Source: a virus
Lineage: Duplodnaviria; Caudoviricetes
Strand: one strand, 5' to 3'
DNA length: 54,276 bases
IMG/VR virus record: IMGVR_UViG_3300025121_000066
Location: 1-54,276 of that record
The stretch's first letter is position 1. Each line of letters starts with the position of its first letter. Below, one piece after another: positions 35,449 through 46,400 of this stretch. The notes under the pieces were generated by a model. It was not told the origin of the DNA, searched no databases, and was given only the letters and a program-made list of their open reading frames with translations. A program made the position numbers and the translations under genes.

Positions 35449-35480
35449 CAAAGATATATAAAGTTTATTTATTCTCCAAA
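35449..35480 (-). promoter_or_regulatory. Bacteroidota-type promoter of leader/tRNA array
   Basis: TTTG (35477-35480), 20-nt spacer, TATCTTTG (35449-35456); TATATATA motif also at ~35394-35402. Confidence 0.7.
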
Positions 35481-35773
35481 TTTTTTCGTATATTTTTTTT
35501 TCTTTCATCAATTGTCAAATATGTTTTTTGTTCTACTTCCTTTATATCATCCTGGTTTTGCAATCTTTTATTTATATTAAAATTTAATATTTTATTTTTA
35601 ACATAATCTAAAATTTCGGTATCAGTATATTCTTTTAATACATATGAATCTATTGATAATTTTTTTTCAAAATATAAATATCGATGATTATAACCATCTA
35701 TAATTATATTATTCTTTTTTAAAAGTTTATATATCTTCCTTGTTGAAGTTAATGAATAATCTATATCGGACAT
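35465..35773 (-). CDS. hypothetical protein, paralog of 36334-36941
   Basis: NHRYLYF...YTDTEILDYVK...LTIDERKKNIRKNL. Confidence 0.65.
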   Translation of the reverse strand: MSDIDYSLTSTRKIYKLLKKNNIIIDGYNHRYLYFEKKLSIDSYVLKEYTDTEILDYVKNKILNFNINKRLQNQDDIKEVEQKTYLTIDERKKNIRKNLENK

Positions 35774-35782
35774 AATTAATAA

Positions 35783-36019
35783 TTAAAAAATATGACCACA
35801 TACAATATTAAAATTCTCATCTACTTCAATTTCAATATTAGCAAATTCGCCATATTGGAATTTTTTTTGTACTACTTCTGTATAGAATTTATCAGAAAGT
35901 TCATCTTCATCTAAGCCTGGATGTTCTTTTTCAAATTTATCCCATAATAATTCATGAGCTAATTCCATCCAACCATCAGAAGCTTTAATTGATTCTATTT
36001 TAATTTTTGCTGTTTTCAT
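35783..36019 (-). CDS. hypothetical protein
   Basis: 78-aa acidic ORF. Confidence 0.6.
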   Translation of the reverse strand: MKTAKIKIESIKASDGWMELAHELLWDKFEKEHPGLDEDELSDKFYTEVVQKKFQYGEFANIEIEVDENFNIVCGHIF

Positions 36020-36333
36020 TATTTTTAATATTGTTATTTTACAGTTTTTTCTAATTTATCTATTCGATGAATTAATTCTAACATACTAACTTTAAGTAAT
36101 TTAATTTCATCTTGCTGTATTCTAGCTATATTTGCCAAATGATTTATTTGTTTATCAACATATATTTTATCTTTTTCTATCATATTACAATATTTAAAAC
36201 TTATAATAAAATCTATTATTATGAAAACCATAATCTTTATGATTACAATCTTTACATACTTTTATTTTTTCATTTTGCAAACCCCATTGCCATTCCCAAT
36301 TTTTATGTTTACAAAAAATTTGTTTAAGCCAGT

Positions 36334-36941
36334 TCATAATTTATTTAAATTTTCACGTATAACTTTTTTTCTTTCATCAATAGTTAAAAAAGATTTTCTT
36401 TCAATTTGTGTAACTGTATCTTCTGTTTTTGGTATTGAAAATGTTTGGTTTAATGTATTGAAAATGTTTGGTTTAATGTATTTGCTAATTCATAGCCATC
36501 AGCCATATCTTTAATAGTAACATATGTAGTATTACTTTCACAATTTAACAGTTTAAGTTTTTTAGTGGTACTAGAAAGATAAAATTTAAATATTATTTTT
36601 CCATCAGAATTTCTACCTTGTTTCATCCACTCTGCCCAATCAGGTGTAACTGATTTTGTCAAATGTTCCCAACGAATATTTGTTATAGATGATCTTTTTG
36701 TTTTTTTGTTAGTATCTTCTTTTCTATTAACTATTTTATTAATAATATGTTTTTTTACATATTCTAAAATTTCATCGTCTGAATAATGTTTTATATCATA
36801 TGTATCAATAGATATGTCATTCGATATTTTAACACCTTTAAAAATATAAATATATCTATAATTATGATGATTTATAGATATACCGTGTTCTTTTAAAAGT
36901 TCAACTATTCTTTGAGTATTTTTAAAATCATGAATATGCAT
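36334..36941 (-). pseudogene. paralog of 35465-35773 frameshifted by a 23-bp tandem duplication
   Basis: GTATTGAAAATGTTTGGTTTAAT at 36432-36454 and 36455-36477; removing one copy restores ...FLTIDERKKVIRENLNKL. Confidence 0.7.
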
Positions 36942-36943
36942 AA

Positions 36944-37123
36944 TTAATCATTAGATGGTTTATATCTTTCTTTTCCTGTACCATTACAAGCACCACATTT
37001 AGGAGATCCATTATGATCATAATACCCACTTCCATTACAAGCAGTACAAGGTCGTAATTTCCACCCTTTAACATTTCTCTCAAAATATTCTGTTCTTTTT
37101 TGTTTTCGTTCTAGAAAATTCAT
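36944..37123 (-). CDS. small DnaJ-type zinc-finger protein (59 aa, below ORF cutoff)
   Basis: manual translation CTACNGSG...CGACNGTG (two CxxCxGxG). Confidence 0.75.
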   Translation of the reverse strand: MNFLERKQKRTEYFERNVKGWKLRPCTACNGSGYYDHNGSPKCGACNGTGKERYKPSND

Positions 37124-37134
37124 AGTTGTATTTT

Positions 37135-37350
37135 TTAATTTTCTATAATCGCCATTATTTTATTATTTTTTTGTGTATCTACTATAAATAATGTACCAAC
37201 TAAATTTGAATCAAATTTTGCGGTATCATCAACCAATTTATCTAAAATTTCTTGTTCAGTATATTCAGGTTTAGATGAAATACAATTCTGACGTAATCTT
37301 AATTTTAAATTCATAAAAGTTTTCATAATCTTAATTTTAAAAATTTTCAT
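37135..37350 (-). CDS. hypothetical protein
   Basis: ORF directly after promoter 37355-37386; exact start uncertain. Confidence 0.5.
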   Translation of the reverse strand: MKIFKIKIMKTFMNLKLRLRQNCISSKPEYTEQEILDKLVDDTAKFDSNLVGTLFIVDTQKNNKIMAIIEN

Positions 37351-37354
37351 AATA

Positions 37355-37386
37355 CAAAGATACAAACAAAATTGAAATATACCAAA
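37355..37386 (-). promoter_or_regulatory. Bacteroidota-type promoter
   Basis: TTTG, 20-nt spacer, TATCTTTG. Confidence 0.65.
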
Positions 37387-37415
37387 TTAATTACATTCCA
37401 ATACAATAACCTAAT

Positions 37416-37622
37416 TTAGTATTGAACTTTATTGTATTTGATAATTACAAAATCACCATTTTTAATAATTGTTGTATTCCAATTATCCCTTAAAATTATT
37501 TTACCATTTATTCGCATAACTAAAACTTTAGCTGTATTTTTTTTATATTCTATAAGTTCTTCTATTGTAATTATATTATAAGGAAGTTCTTCTTCTATAG
37601 TATTTAAATTAAATTTCATCAA
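37416..37622 (-). CDS. ThiS-like beta-grasp protein lacking C-terminal GG
   Basis: TIEELI...VMRINGKII.RDNW.TT.IKNGD.V.I matches ThiS pattern; ends KVQY. Confidence 0.65.
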   Translation of the reverse strand: MMKFNLNTIEEELPYNIITIEELIEYKKNTAKVLVMRINGKIILRDNWNTTIIKNGDFVIIKYNKVQY

Positions 37623-37948
37623 TAATTTTTTGATCTAGGTTTATAATTAGGTATTCTTTTTTTAATTATATATTTTATTATATCGTCATCTAATTTTATT
37701 ATACCATTATTATTATTATTAAGTTCTGTTTCAATCGTTTTTATATAATAATCATAGGCTTCTTCTTCATCATTTATATTATTGGAATTAATGATAATAC
37801 TCATAATTTCATTAAAAAGGTTAATATTAAAATCTTTAACGAAATTAATTAATTTGTTAGAATCTATAATTTTACTAATTATATAATTATCTGTTTGTTG
37901 ATCATATATAGTATGAACACCTGTTATTTTTAATATTTCTTGAATCAT
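37619..37948 (-). CDS. hypothetical protein
   Basis: ends RIPNYKPRSKNY, same tail as 22557/22909 ORFs. Confidence 0.55.
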   Translation of the reverse strand: MIQEILKITGVHTIYDQQTDNYIISKIIDSNKLINFVKDFNINLFNEIMSIIINSNNINDEEEAYDYYIKTIETELNNNNNGIIKLDDDIIKYIIKKRIPNYKPRSKNY

Positions 37949-38009
37949 TTTTAAAATTTTTATTAAAATAAATATTTATATTGATGAATGATATTTTCGT
38001 TCACAATTA

Positions 38010-38243
38010 TTATATTGGTATTTTAGTAAATAATCTTTTTAAAGGTGATAATTCAAAATAATCACCTAATTTAGTATTGACTCTTATTGTGCCTGTAGTA
38101 TAATTACAATCAGATTTCAAACAATCTAATGAATATTCATTAGCAATATGTAACATACTACCTAAACTCTCACGCATTATTCTTGCATTTGGTTTTTTAA
38201 TAACACTATTCCTACCGCATTTAGGGCATATTTTTAATGACAT
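38010..38243 (-). CDS. Zn-ribbon hypothetical protein
   Basis: CPKCG...C...C. Confidence 0.55.
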   Translation of the reverse strand: MSLKICPKCGRNSVIKKPNARIMRESLGSMLHIANEYSLDCLKSDCNYTTGTIRVNTKLGDYFELSPLKRLFTKIPI

Positions 38244-38259
38244 AATTTAATATTTTATT

Positions 38260-38595
38260 TTAATTAAGTACTCTTGTTAATTTTACTGCCATATTCCAAC
38301 CTTTAGCATCAGGTGTAAATCTTGCTATAGGATGATGAAATTCTATATCATCTGAAAAACGAGGGTCTATACGTTCTTGATCCCATAAATTATCAAGTGT
38401 AACACCTTTATCAAAAACAAGAATTTTGTTTCCATCAAAATTATTACAACTAGAATAATATATACGCATAATAAGATAATCGTTTATCACTAATGTTCTT
38501 ATAATTTCAAATTTTTTTGGATTTGGTAAACCGTATTCAAAAACATATCTGGATATTTTTCTTACACATTTTTTAAGATATTGATTAAATTTCAT
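38260..38595 (-). CDS. conserved phage hypothetical protein
   Basis: PNPKKFEI...C.NFDGNKILV...IDPRF...PIARFTP..KGW..A. Confidence 0.65.
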   Translation of the reverse strand: MKFNQYLKKCVRKISRYVFEYGLPNPKKFEIIRTLVINDYLIMRIYYSSCNNFDGNKILVFDKGVTLDNLWDQERIDPRFSDDIEFHHPIARFTPDAKGWNMAVKLTRVLN

Positions 38596-38599
38596 AATT

Positions 38600-38800
38600 T
38601 TAATTTTTAGTTAATTTATCATCAATATAAGCACATGCGTCATTAATAGATTTAAAACCGTTTTTAATTAATTTTTTTCTACCTGCATAAATACCAAATG
38701 TTCCATCGTGGAGATTTTTTCTATCATCTAACATATGACGAACATTATAACTACCGTGATGTGCTACTACTTTTCCGTAAACTTTACTTTTATTTGCCAT
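38600..38800 (-). CDS. hypothetical protein
   Basis: 66-aa ORF. Confidence 0.55.
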   Translation of the reverse strand: MANKSKVYGKVVAHHGSYNVRHMLDDRKNLHDGTFGIYAGRKKLIKNGFKSINDACAYIDDKLTKN

Positions 38801-38822
38801 TTTAATTTATTATTTAATTTAT

Positions 38823-39101
38823 TTATAATTTATCGTTAAGTTTTTTTATTTTAAACTTTCTCATTATTACTTTGTGTTCTTGTGACCATATATGTAAAAC
38901 TTCTTTACTTGTTAACTGATAATAATCACTCTTTTCTGGATAATATTTCCACCCGTATCCAACCCAACTATCATTCATATTTTGTAAATTTTGAACGGGT
39001 AAATTGTTCCACCAATCTAATGCTTGTTGTACTATATTATCTGCACTAATTTTTGGTGTTATATGTTCTTTCCATCTTTTTAAATTTTCACTTTCATCCA
39101 T
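38823..39101 (-). CDS. hypothetical protein with basic C-terminal motif
   Basis: ends MRKFKIKKLNDKL. Confidence 0.55.
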   Translation of the reverse strand: MDESENLKRWKEHITPKISADNIVQQALDWWNNLPVQNLQNMNDSWVGYGWKYYPEKSDYYQLTSKEVLHIWSQEHKVIMRKFKIKKLNDKL

Positions 39102-39109
39102 AATTAGTT

Positions 39110-39409
39110 TTAATTAACTACTTTGTAATTATTAACTTCTATTAATTTTAAATTATCACCGACAATTTTGTAAACTAATTTAACTTCATAATTTACCCCT
39201 ATAATATTTTTACCTAATTTTGAGTTTGGATTAATGTTGTGTTTATCACAAAATTCATAACCTTGATCACCGTCACCATCGTGTACATAAGTTATGTATT
39301 TTACTGGGTTTTCAATTTTAATATTGTTTCGGTTTTTACCACAATCAGGACAAAATTGAGAAGTGAATGTACTTTTACATCCTTCAGTATCACATTTTAT
39401 TAAATTCAT
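39110..39409 (-). CDS. Zn-ribbon hypothetical protein
   Basis: C...C...FCPDCG; start reassigned to MNLIKC after promoter at 39434-39464. Confidence 0.6.
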   Translation of the reverse strand: MNLIKCDTEGCKSTFTSQFCPDCGKNRNNIKIENPVKYITYVHDGDGDQGYEFCDKHNINPNSKLGKNIIGVNYEVKLVYKIVGDNLKLIEVNNYKVVN

Positions 39410-39433
39410 ATCTTTTAATTTTATATAATTAAA

Positions 39434-39464
39434 CAAATATAATAAAAAATGTTTAAACTACAAA
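39434..39464 (-). promoter_or_regulatory. Bacteroidota-type promoter
   Basis: TTTG, 19-nt spacer, TATATTTG. Confidence 0.6.
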
Positions 39465-39766
39465 ACTTTTTCACCAATAGTTTTATAATCAAATTCACAA
39501 TTATTCACAGATTTTCTAATTGTTTGATAAGTATTTGTCCTAATTGTGAATTACACACAAACTAAATATCTTCTAACGAAGTAAAGACTGATATGTTTTT
39601 ACGTCACAATCACAATATAACTATTAACTTAGCGTGACACCAGGTTGGTTATTCAAATAAAATTATCTTATATTCAATACTATGTTTACATATCTATCGT
39701 GTTATGTTTCACAAGAATTACAGATGATGGTTTATTAATTCCAAAATTGCCACTTACCATAATATT

Positions 39767-40195
39767 TTAAAAATTTTTACCGTGCATTTTTTCTCTTGTT
39801 TTATTATATCGTTGTTTAAGCTTTATATGATTATTAATATCGATATTAAATTTTCCACATAAATCACCTAATCTAATAAAAACATCTGCTATTTCATCTT
39901 CAAATGTATCTTTAACCGTTTTTTCAAATAATGATACATATTTACTATCATGTTCTAATAATAGTGTATTAATTTCACTTTTTGACATTTTAGTATAACG
40001 ATTCTTTCTTATTGATTCCATTGCTTCAACTACTTCACTAGATATCAGCATCAATTTTTGTGTTATAATCAAATCATTTAATGCTTTTTTATCTTCTTCT
40101 GATTTTATATTTTTTATTAATTTATCATTAATATCATGAAACCCTTTAGATTTTGATGTTTCATACGAATTCTTTATTAGTTCTTTAATTTTCAA
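39767..40195 (-). CDS. MazG-like nucleotide pyrophosphohydrolase
   Basis: LMLISSEVVEAMESIRK...FEDEIADVFIRLGDL...KQRYNKTR. Confidence 0.85.
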   Translation of the reverse strand: MKIKELIKNSYETSKSKGFHDINDKLIKNIKSEEDKKALNDLIITQKLMLISSEVVEAMESIRKNRYTKMSKSEINTLLLEHDSKYVSLFEKTVKDTFEDEIADVFIRLGDLCGKFNIDINNHIKLKQRYNKTREKMHGKNF

Positions 40196-40357
40196 TATAT
40201 TATAATTATTTTTTAAATGAATTTATCATTTATAATCATATTTATATTAAATTATAAATAAAGTTTATAATCAGGTATTTAATTATTTAAGTTGATATAT
40301 AATAGTTATACACAATACTACATTCGTTTTCCAAATTAAGTTTTGTGTTAAAACTTT

Positions 40358-40738
40358 TTAAAAATTTTCCAACGCTTTTTTTATTTCTTCTTCTGTGTTT
40401 ACGATTTTATCTGTTTTATCTTCTACCCATTTTTTTACTACATCAATAGTTGGTGCTGAAAATCCAAATTTATACCAAGGTCTTGCGTTTGGATTTTCAG
40501 GAAAAGCATTCCAATCAGCTCGTGGAACTTTACCTTTTCTATATTCACTTGAGTAAAATTCATTTGATATTCTGCCGTTCCAAGTGTAAAATAAATCTGT
40601 TGGTTTATGAAATCTTTTTTCTTTCAAAAATTTAGCTAAATCAAAAGAAACTATGTTATCGTTTTGAGATATATTCTCATTCAAAAACTGTTTCCAATTT
40701 TTTACTCTGTCTATTTGTTCTCTCATTTCTTTACTCAT
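40358..40738 (-). CDS. hypothetical protein
   Basis: MSKEMREQIDRVKNWKQFLNE N-terminus shared with 50916-51542; VSFDLAKFLKEKRF and SAPT...KW motifs. Confidence 0.65.
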   Translation of the reverse strand: MSKEMREQIDRVKNWKQFLNENISQNDNIVSFDLAKFLKEKRFHKPTDLFYTWNGRISNEFYSSEYRKGKVPRADWNAFPENPNARPWYKFGFSAPTIDVVKKWVEDKTDKIVNTEEEIKKALENF

Positions 40739-40851
40739 AATATTTTACTTTATATATAAATATTCGATTTTAAAATTTTCCACCACACATTTTTAAAAGT
40801 TTTTGTTCAGTGTTTCAAACGAGCATTTGTGGTTATTTACCGTACTGGTTA

Positions 40852-40899
40852 TAACAGCAAGTAAACCACATTAAAACGATGGTTTACTTGCAACCGTTA
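40852..40899 (+). repeat. compact attC-like palindrome
   Basis: TAACA-GCAAGTAAACCA-loop-TGGTTTACTTGC-AACC-GTTA (12-bp perfect arm). Confidence 0.7.
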
Positions 40900-43166
40900 G
40901 CAAACATTTTACTCAATGTAAGCCCATTTTGAAATGTTGAAAGACGTAAATTCATTAGCATCATCTTCAATTAAATCAACTTTAAACCATTTGTATGTGC
41001 TACTCATTACATAATAAACAACATCATAATTTTTACCATCACTAACTAAAACATCAATACCTTCTTCCGGATAGGTATCATAATCATCTTTTATAATTTC
41101 AATCCAATTCATATTAAAAACGTTTGCTGTTATCTTTTGGATAAATTACTTTCATTACGTCTTTATACTCTTTATCAGTTTTGAAGATAGGCGGTAACTG
41201 TTCGCTTTGCCCTACAACAGCAGGTATAGTTAATAAATTTAACTGCTGTTGTGCAAAATCAGCAAGCATTTTCTCTATTTCAAATGCTGTGTATTGTTGC
41301 CCCATACTTTTACAACCTTTATTATCTAAATAAGCGTGTGCCTTTCCAATTAAATCTTCCATAATGTTTTTTCTTTTAATTCGTTAAATTTACTAACCCC
41401 TTTATATGCTATTTTAGATAACCTCCGTAATAACATAATTTATAGACATATTTACATCTACTTCAATTTTAAAAATAAAACCTTTGAACTCGTAAAAATT
41501 GTCTTTGTTTTTTGTACCCGAACTATACTTTGCTAATAGTTCGTAAATTTCAGAAAGTGTCAAGTTATTGACATCTGCTTTAATGTTTAAATTTATTGTC
41601 ATCATATTTTTAAAATTTGCGAAAAAAAACAGCATATAAGCGTGTATAAAAAATGGTGGGTTTCGTGTCATTTAGAAATATTTGTGCTATATTCAACTGC
41701 ATTGCTTTCGAGTTAATTTTGTGATTTAATTCCGCCACTTCTTATACAGATACCGTTAGGCACAATATTGAATAGCCTTGTATCTATATTTAGCCATTTG
41801 TTTATTTGGGTGGTATGCAACTGACCAACAATCTTTATCAGTCCAATATCCTTTCGATTCACAAAAATCTTTTGCTTCTTGCTCAGTTAATTTGTAACCA
41901 AATGGCTCATATCCATCGGCATTATGATTTTCCATATAATCTATCCACCCTTTTTCAATAAGGAAAATATTGTGCCTAACAACAAGTATATCCAATTGCT
42001 CCTGTTGTGACTCTAACTTACTTTGTTCTGTTTTCATACTTTTGTTCTTTTAATTAAATTTACAAGTTATTTACGCAACTGTATATACCTGAAACCGTTA
42101 TATTTAATTGTTAGTTCCTCACAACTCCACTTTGCTAAACATAACAATAAATATAAAATATTATAATCACTACACTTAATAAAAGTGTGAAATTAATTAA
42201 TTTTTGCTTATTAAATACATACCATCCTTTAGGTTTAAAACCACCTCCAAATGGATTATAATCAACTGGTGTATGGTAATCAAAAATTAATTCTTTAAGT
42301 CTATGTTTCAATTTATTTTTCATATCTTAACATTTTATATTTGTAACCGTTATGCCCCATTTAAAGAAACGACATCAAAGAAGCAGTCGAGATTTGATAT
42401 TTCAGTATCATCAAAAAATTCTTGAATTGTTATATTGTAATGTTTGAGCATTCCGTTTATTTGTTCTATTCTTTGCTTAATTCCGTTTCGTGAAATATTA
42501 AAAACTTTTCCACGCATTTCAATTTCTTGCTTCCCTTTGTAAACCTGTTGAGCCAAAAGTAAACCTTTGTTCCAAATAATTATTCCTTCAATCTGTTCTG
42601 GATAATATTGCACGTCATACCAATCATTTTGTGGCTCAACTCCAAAGCAATTAGAAGCATAATCGCTATCATCTTGTGCTATCCAAAATTTAACTTTATC
42701 TTTTAATTTCATAAGAAAACGAATAAAAACGAGGCATACCGCCACCGTTATAAGTAATAAAATAAAAATTATATCTTTTCTATAATAACTTTGTACATAT
42801 TATCACCACGTTCATAAGCAACTCTGTCTTTCAATTTATCACCAAAATTTACACAGAACACTAATGATTGTTTATCTTTTCTAACCATTATTGGTGTGCA
42901 TTTTGACCACAAATCACTTTCATATTGTTTGTGTAAATTTTTCGCAAATTCATAATGTTCATCACTAAATTCAACTTCTTCTGTTATGAACGTCGCTTCA
43001 TCTGTGTATTCTAATTTTTTCATATTGTATAATTTTTTTTTACATACTTATAAGAAGATGTATATGTAATGATTTTTATCACACCTAATCAACCTTGTCT
43101 GTTAATAATTATATTCATTTCTTTTTATAAAGTTTAGTATAAATAATTATATATACACCCCGAACG

Positions 43167-43475
43167 TTAGTAAATATTTAACTGACGTACCACTTTCATC
43201 CTTTGTGCTAATACCCAAGTTCCACCTTGTGATTTTGGTCTATTATAAAATTCCGTATCTTCTATTTCAACTTCTACCCACACTCTATTTTTTGTTGAAA
43301 GGTGTGGTGCAACTGGTTCTAATGTGCAATGCCACCCTTTTCTAAAAGCAAAACCTTTAGTTGGATGTTCTTCAGCTTCAAGCCATACACCAATAGGTAT
43401 TCTACTTTTTTTATTTATAAACAGTGGTGATAAACTACCATCTTTCAACTTTCTAATTAATTTATATGCTGTCAT
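43167..43475 (-). CDS. conserved phage hypothetical protein
   Basis: AYKLIR...PLFIN...GFAFRKGWHC...APHL...QGGTWVLA; stop lies in CGTTA. Confidence 0.7.
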   Translation of the reverse strand: MTAYKLIRKLKDGSLSPLFINKKSRIPIGVWLEAEEHPTKGFAFRKGWHCTLEPVAPHLSTKNRVWVEVEIEDTEFYNRPKSQGGTWVLAQRMKVVRQLNIY

Positions 43476-46400
43476 AAAAAATGTTTGATAATAAGGTATA
43501 TACAAAATACCATATTAAGGTTTATACTAAATTTAAAATTTGTGTCAGGATACTTCAACATTAGCGATAATATTTATTGAATTTTCAATCAGTATAATCT
43601 ATTATACTTTTAACTTTCTGTGATACATAATCAGATGTATTCCAATTACTATTTTTTGTTTTTACTTTTAATTTCATTTTAAACAATTGTTGTCTGTGTT
43701 TATTATTTTCGTTATACACTATTTACCAAGTACCATTGTGGTTTGGTATCGGTTTCTAAATGATATTTATATGTTTTCACAAATTGCCACTTGTGATAAA
43801 CACTTAGATTAGGTGAATAAACCACAATTCCATATAAATATTTATTACCCATAATACCATATATTTTATACAATCCATTAGTATATAAAAAACGGTGTGT
43901 AGCAACAGATAAAATCCATTGCTTATATTGTGCTAGTTTTGAAGTTAATCGTTTCATGTTAATTATCAATTACTTATATTGTTATTTTTATATAATAGTT
44001 ATATGTAATTATTTTAAATTTTTCAAGATTTCAGATAATTCTGCACTACATATAATGAAATTTCCTCTTGGTTTATCTTCCCTAATAGATAAATCAATTA
44101 GTTCTTGTGGTATTTCATCTTCATCATTATATATATCAAAAATTTCAATATATGGTACATAACCTTTATGTAATCTAATGTAGTTTAATGCTTCTATTTT
44201 TTTCATAGGTAAAAATTCTAAATTTTCCATTACTTATTTTTGTTTCATTAGTTTATTTAAAATTATTACTTGTGCTAACTTCATGCTATTTTCATTACAT
44301 TCATGCGAGTAAATTAATTCAAATTCACCTATTTCTAAATTTTCTAATTCATTTGCAGAAATCATTCTCACATCCTTATTATCAATTTTAGATTTTTGAA
44401 TTAATTTACCTATTTGTTTTTCAGTTTTAATTGTTATCATAATTTTATATTTAATTTTATTTAAAATTTTTATGATTGTTTTACACAAAACTTTTCAAGA
44501 AGTTCTTTCCCCCATTCTTGTATACTACCCATATTACTATCTACTCTTACACAATCACCATATGTTTCGTGTTGCCAATAAATAGAACCATCATATCTAT
44601 TGTTGTAAAAAAAATTACACTCATCTCCATACTTACCATTCCAAGTTTTACCATCATTCAACAAAAATGTTATTTTTTCACCTTGTTTAAGTTTTGATAT
44701 AATATCTCTTATACTACATCCTTCTTTATTAATTGCAAACATTAATTTATTAACAATATTATAATCAAAATCATAATCAAACTTTAATCCGCAATTAAGT
44801 AATTTTTTTACTTCATTTTTTGCTTTTTCTGTATTCATAATTAAATTTTTCATTTTATAATTTCTAATATGAGTTTTTTGTAATATTATAAATAACTAAA
44901 GCATCTTCTACTAATTTAAGTTGTTTCTGTTTTCTTAATAGACTATTGAAGCATTTGTTAATTCTTTCATCTGTTTCACCTGCTTTAATTAAATCGTTAA
45001 ATTTTTCAAGTTCATTATTTCTTTTCTCTGTTAAGTAAGAAATGTCGTTTTTAATTGTTATCATAATTTTATATTTAATTTTATTTGTAGTCGTTATAAT
45101 GAATTTATTACTTCAATTTCTTCTCTTATACAAGGTAAAATTCTACCGTCATCAAGTTTTATCATAAACTTTTCAAATTCGCTATCGTCTAAACATTTCT
45201 GATTATCAACTGAAATAATTTTACCTTTCAAGAAATATCTTTCGTCTGTTATACTTAAACCAACTGTTGTTTTTATTCTGTCTTCTATTTTCATATTTTG
45301 TTCTATATAACCCTTTGTTTTTACGGCACTTTTCATATTGCCGAATGTTATAATTATTTACTTAGGTCGTTATCGTCAAATAACTTTTTTAATTTAAATT
45401 TTAGCTCATAAAAAAATTGTTCTTTACCTTCAATTGTTGCACCACAAAATGGGTCATCACTCATAGCAACTAATGTGGTTTCAAACAAATTTTCTACAAT
45501 TTTTATTATATCTTCTTCTCTCATAATTTTTATTATTTTATAGTCATTGTTTTAATATAAGTTGTTGATTAATATTTATTTTTATGTTCACGAGTTATAT
45601 TTGCAACTATTTTAACATACTTATAACAGTAAATATACAATAAAAATTTTTATTTATCTAATTTTTTATTGTATATTTACTTATTATATTTTCAACCATT
45701 ATGTATAGTTCATTTTAGTTCAGTATTAAAATACTTTATGTATACAACTTTTATCGGAAACTTAAGAAACCACAACGACAAAATTATTTAGATTCATTTT
45801 TACTGTCCAACCATTATCATTTTTTAATGTTACAAATTCATTCCATTGAGAGTAATAAATAGTTGTTACCAATGTTGCAAAATATCCCATAACTTTATAT
45901 GTTCTACCTTGTGTTATACTTTTTCTTGTAGATTTTGCAATTAGTTTTGTACCAAAACAAAGTGATTTAGGTTTATTGTTCCACATTTCTGTTCGTTCTG
46001 TTTCTAACCTTTTTTGTTCTGCTATTTTTTCATTTGTGTTCATTTGCAAATACCAATCAGGCTTTAAGTTTTGAATTGTTTTTTGTGAGTACATATAATT
46101 AATTTTAAAATAATATCATTTCTATCATCTTTAAGGATAAATGAATTTATTATCAGTAACCTTAAAGAAGACGTAGAGATCTGAACCAGTTTAAAATTCG
46201 ATTCTTTTCACTTAATGGATAAGTCCATTTTCCTGTTATTAAAAAACAAAAAGGTAATGCAATTAGCATTAAAATCATCAATGTAATTGCAAATGGAAGA
46301 GTGAATCTAACCCAAGTTTTTACAGGTGTTTTTTCATCAGTATAAAAATCAGCACCTAATTCAATCCACCTATCACACATTTCCTCACTTGATATTTTAT

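Noticed and set aside
6484-44697. Antisense or alternative-frame ORFs (6484, 8285, 17621, 17948, 21141, 22360, 24129, 27455, 28254, 29848, 30198, 36112, 36221, 40450, 43956, 44476)
   Set aside because: They overlap better-supported genes or a structured RNA and show no motifs
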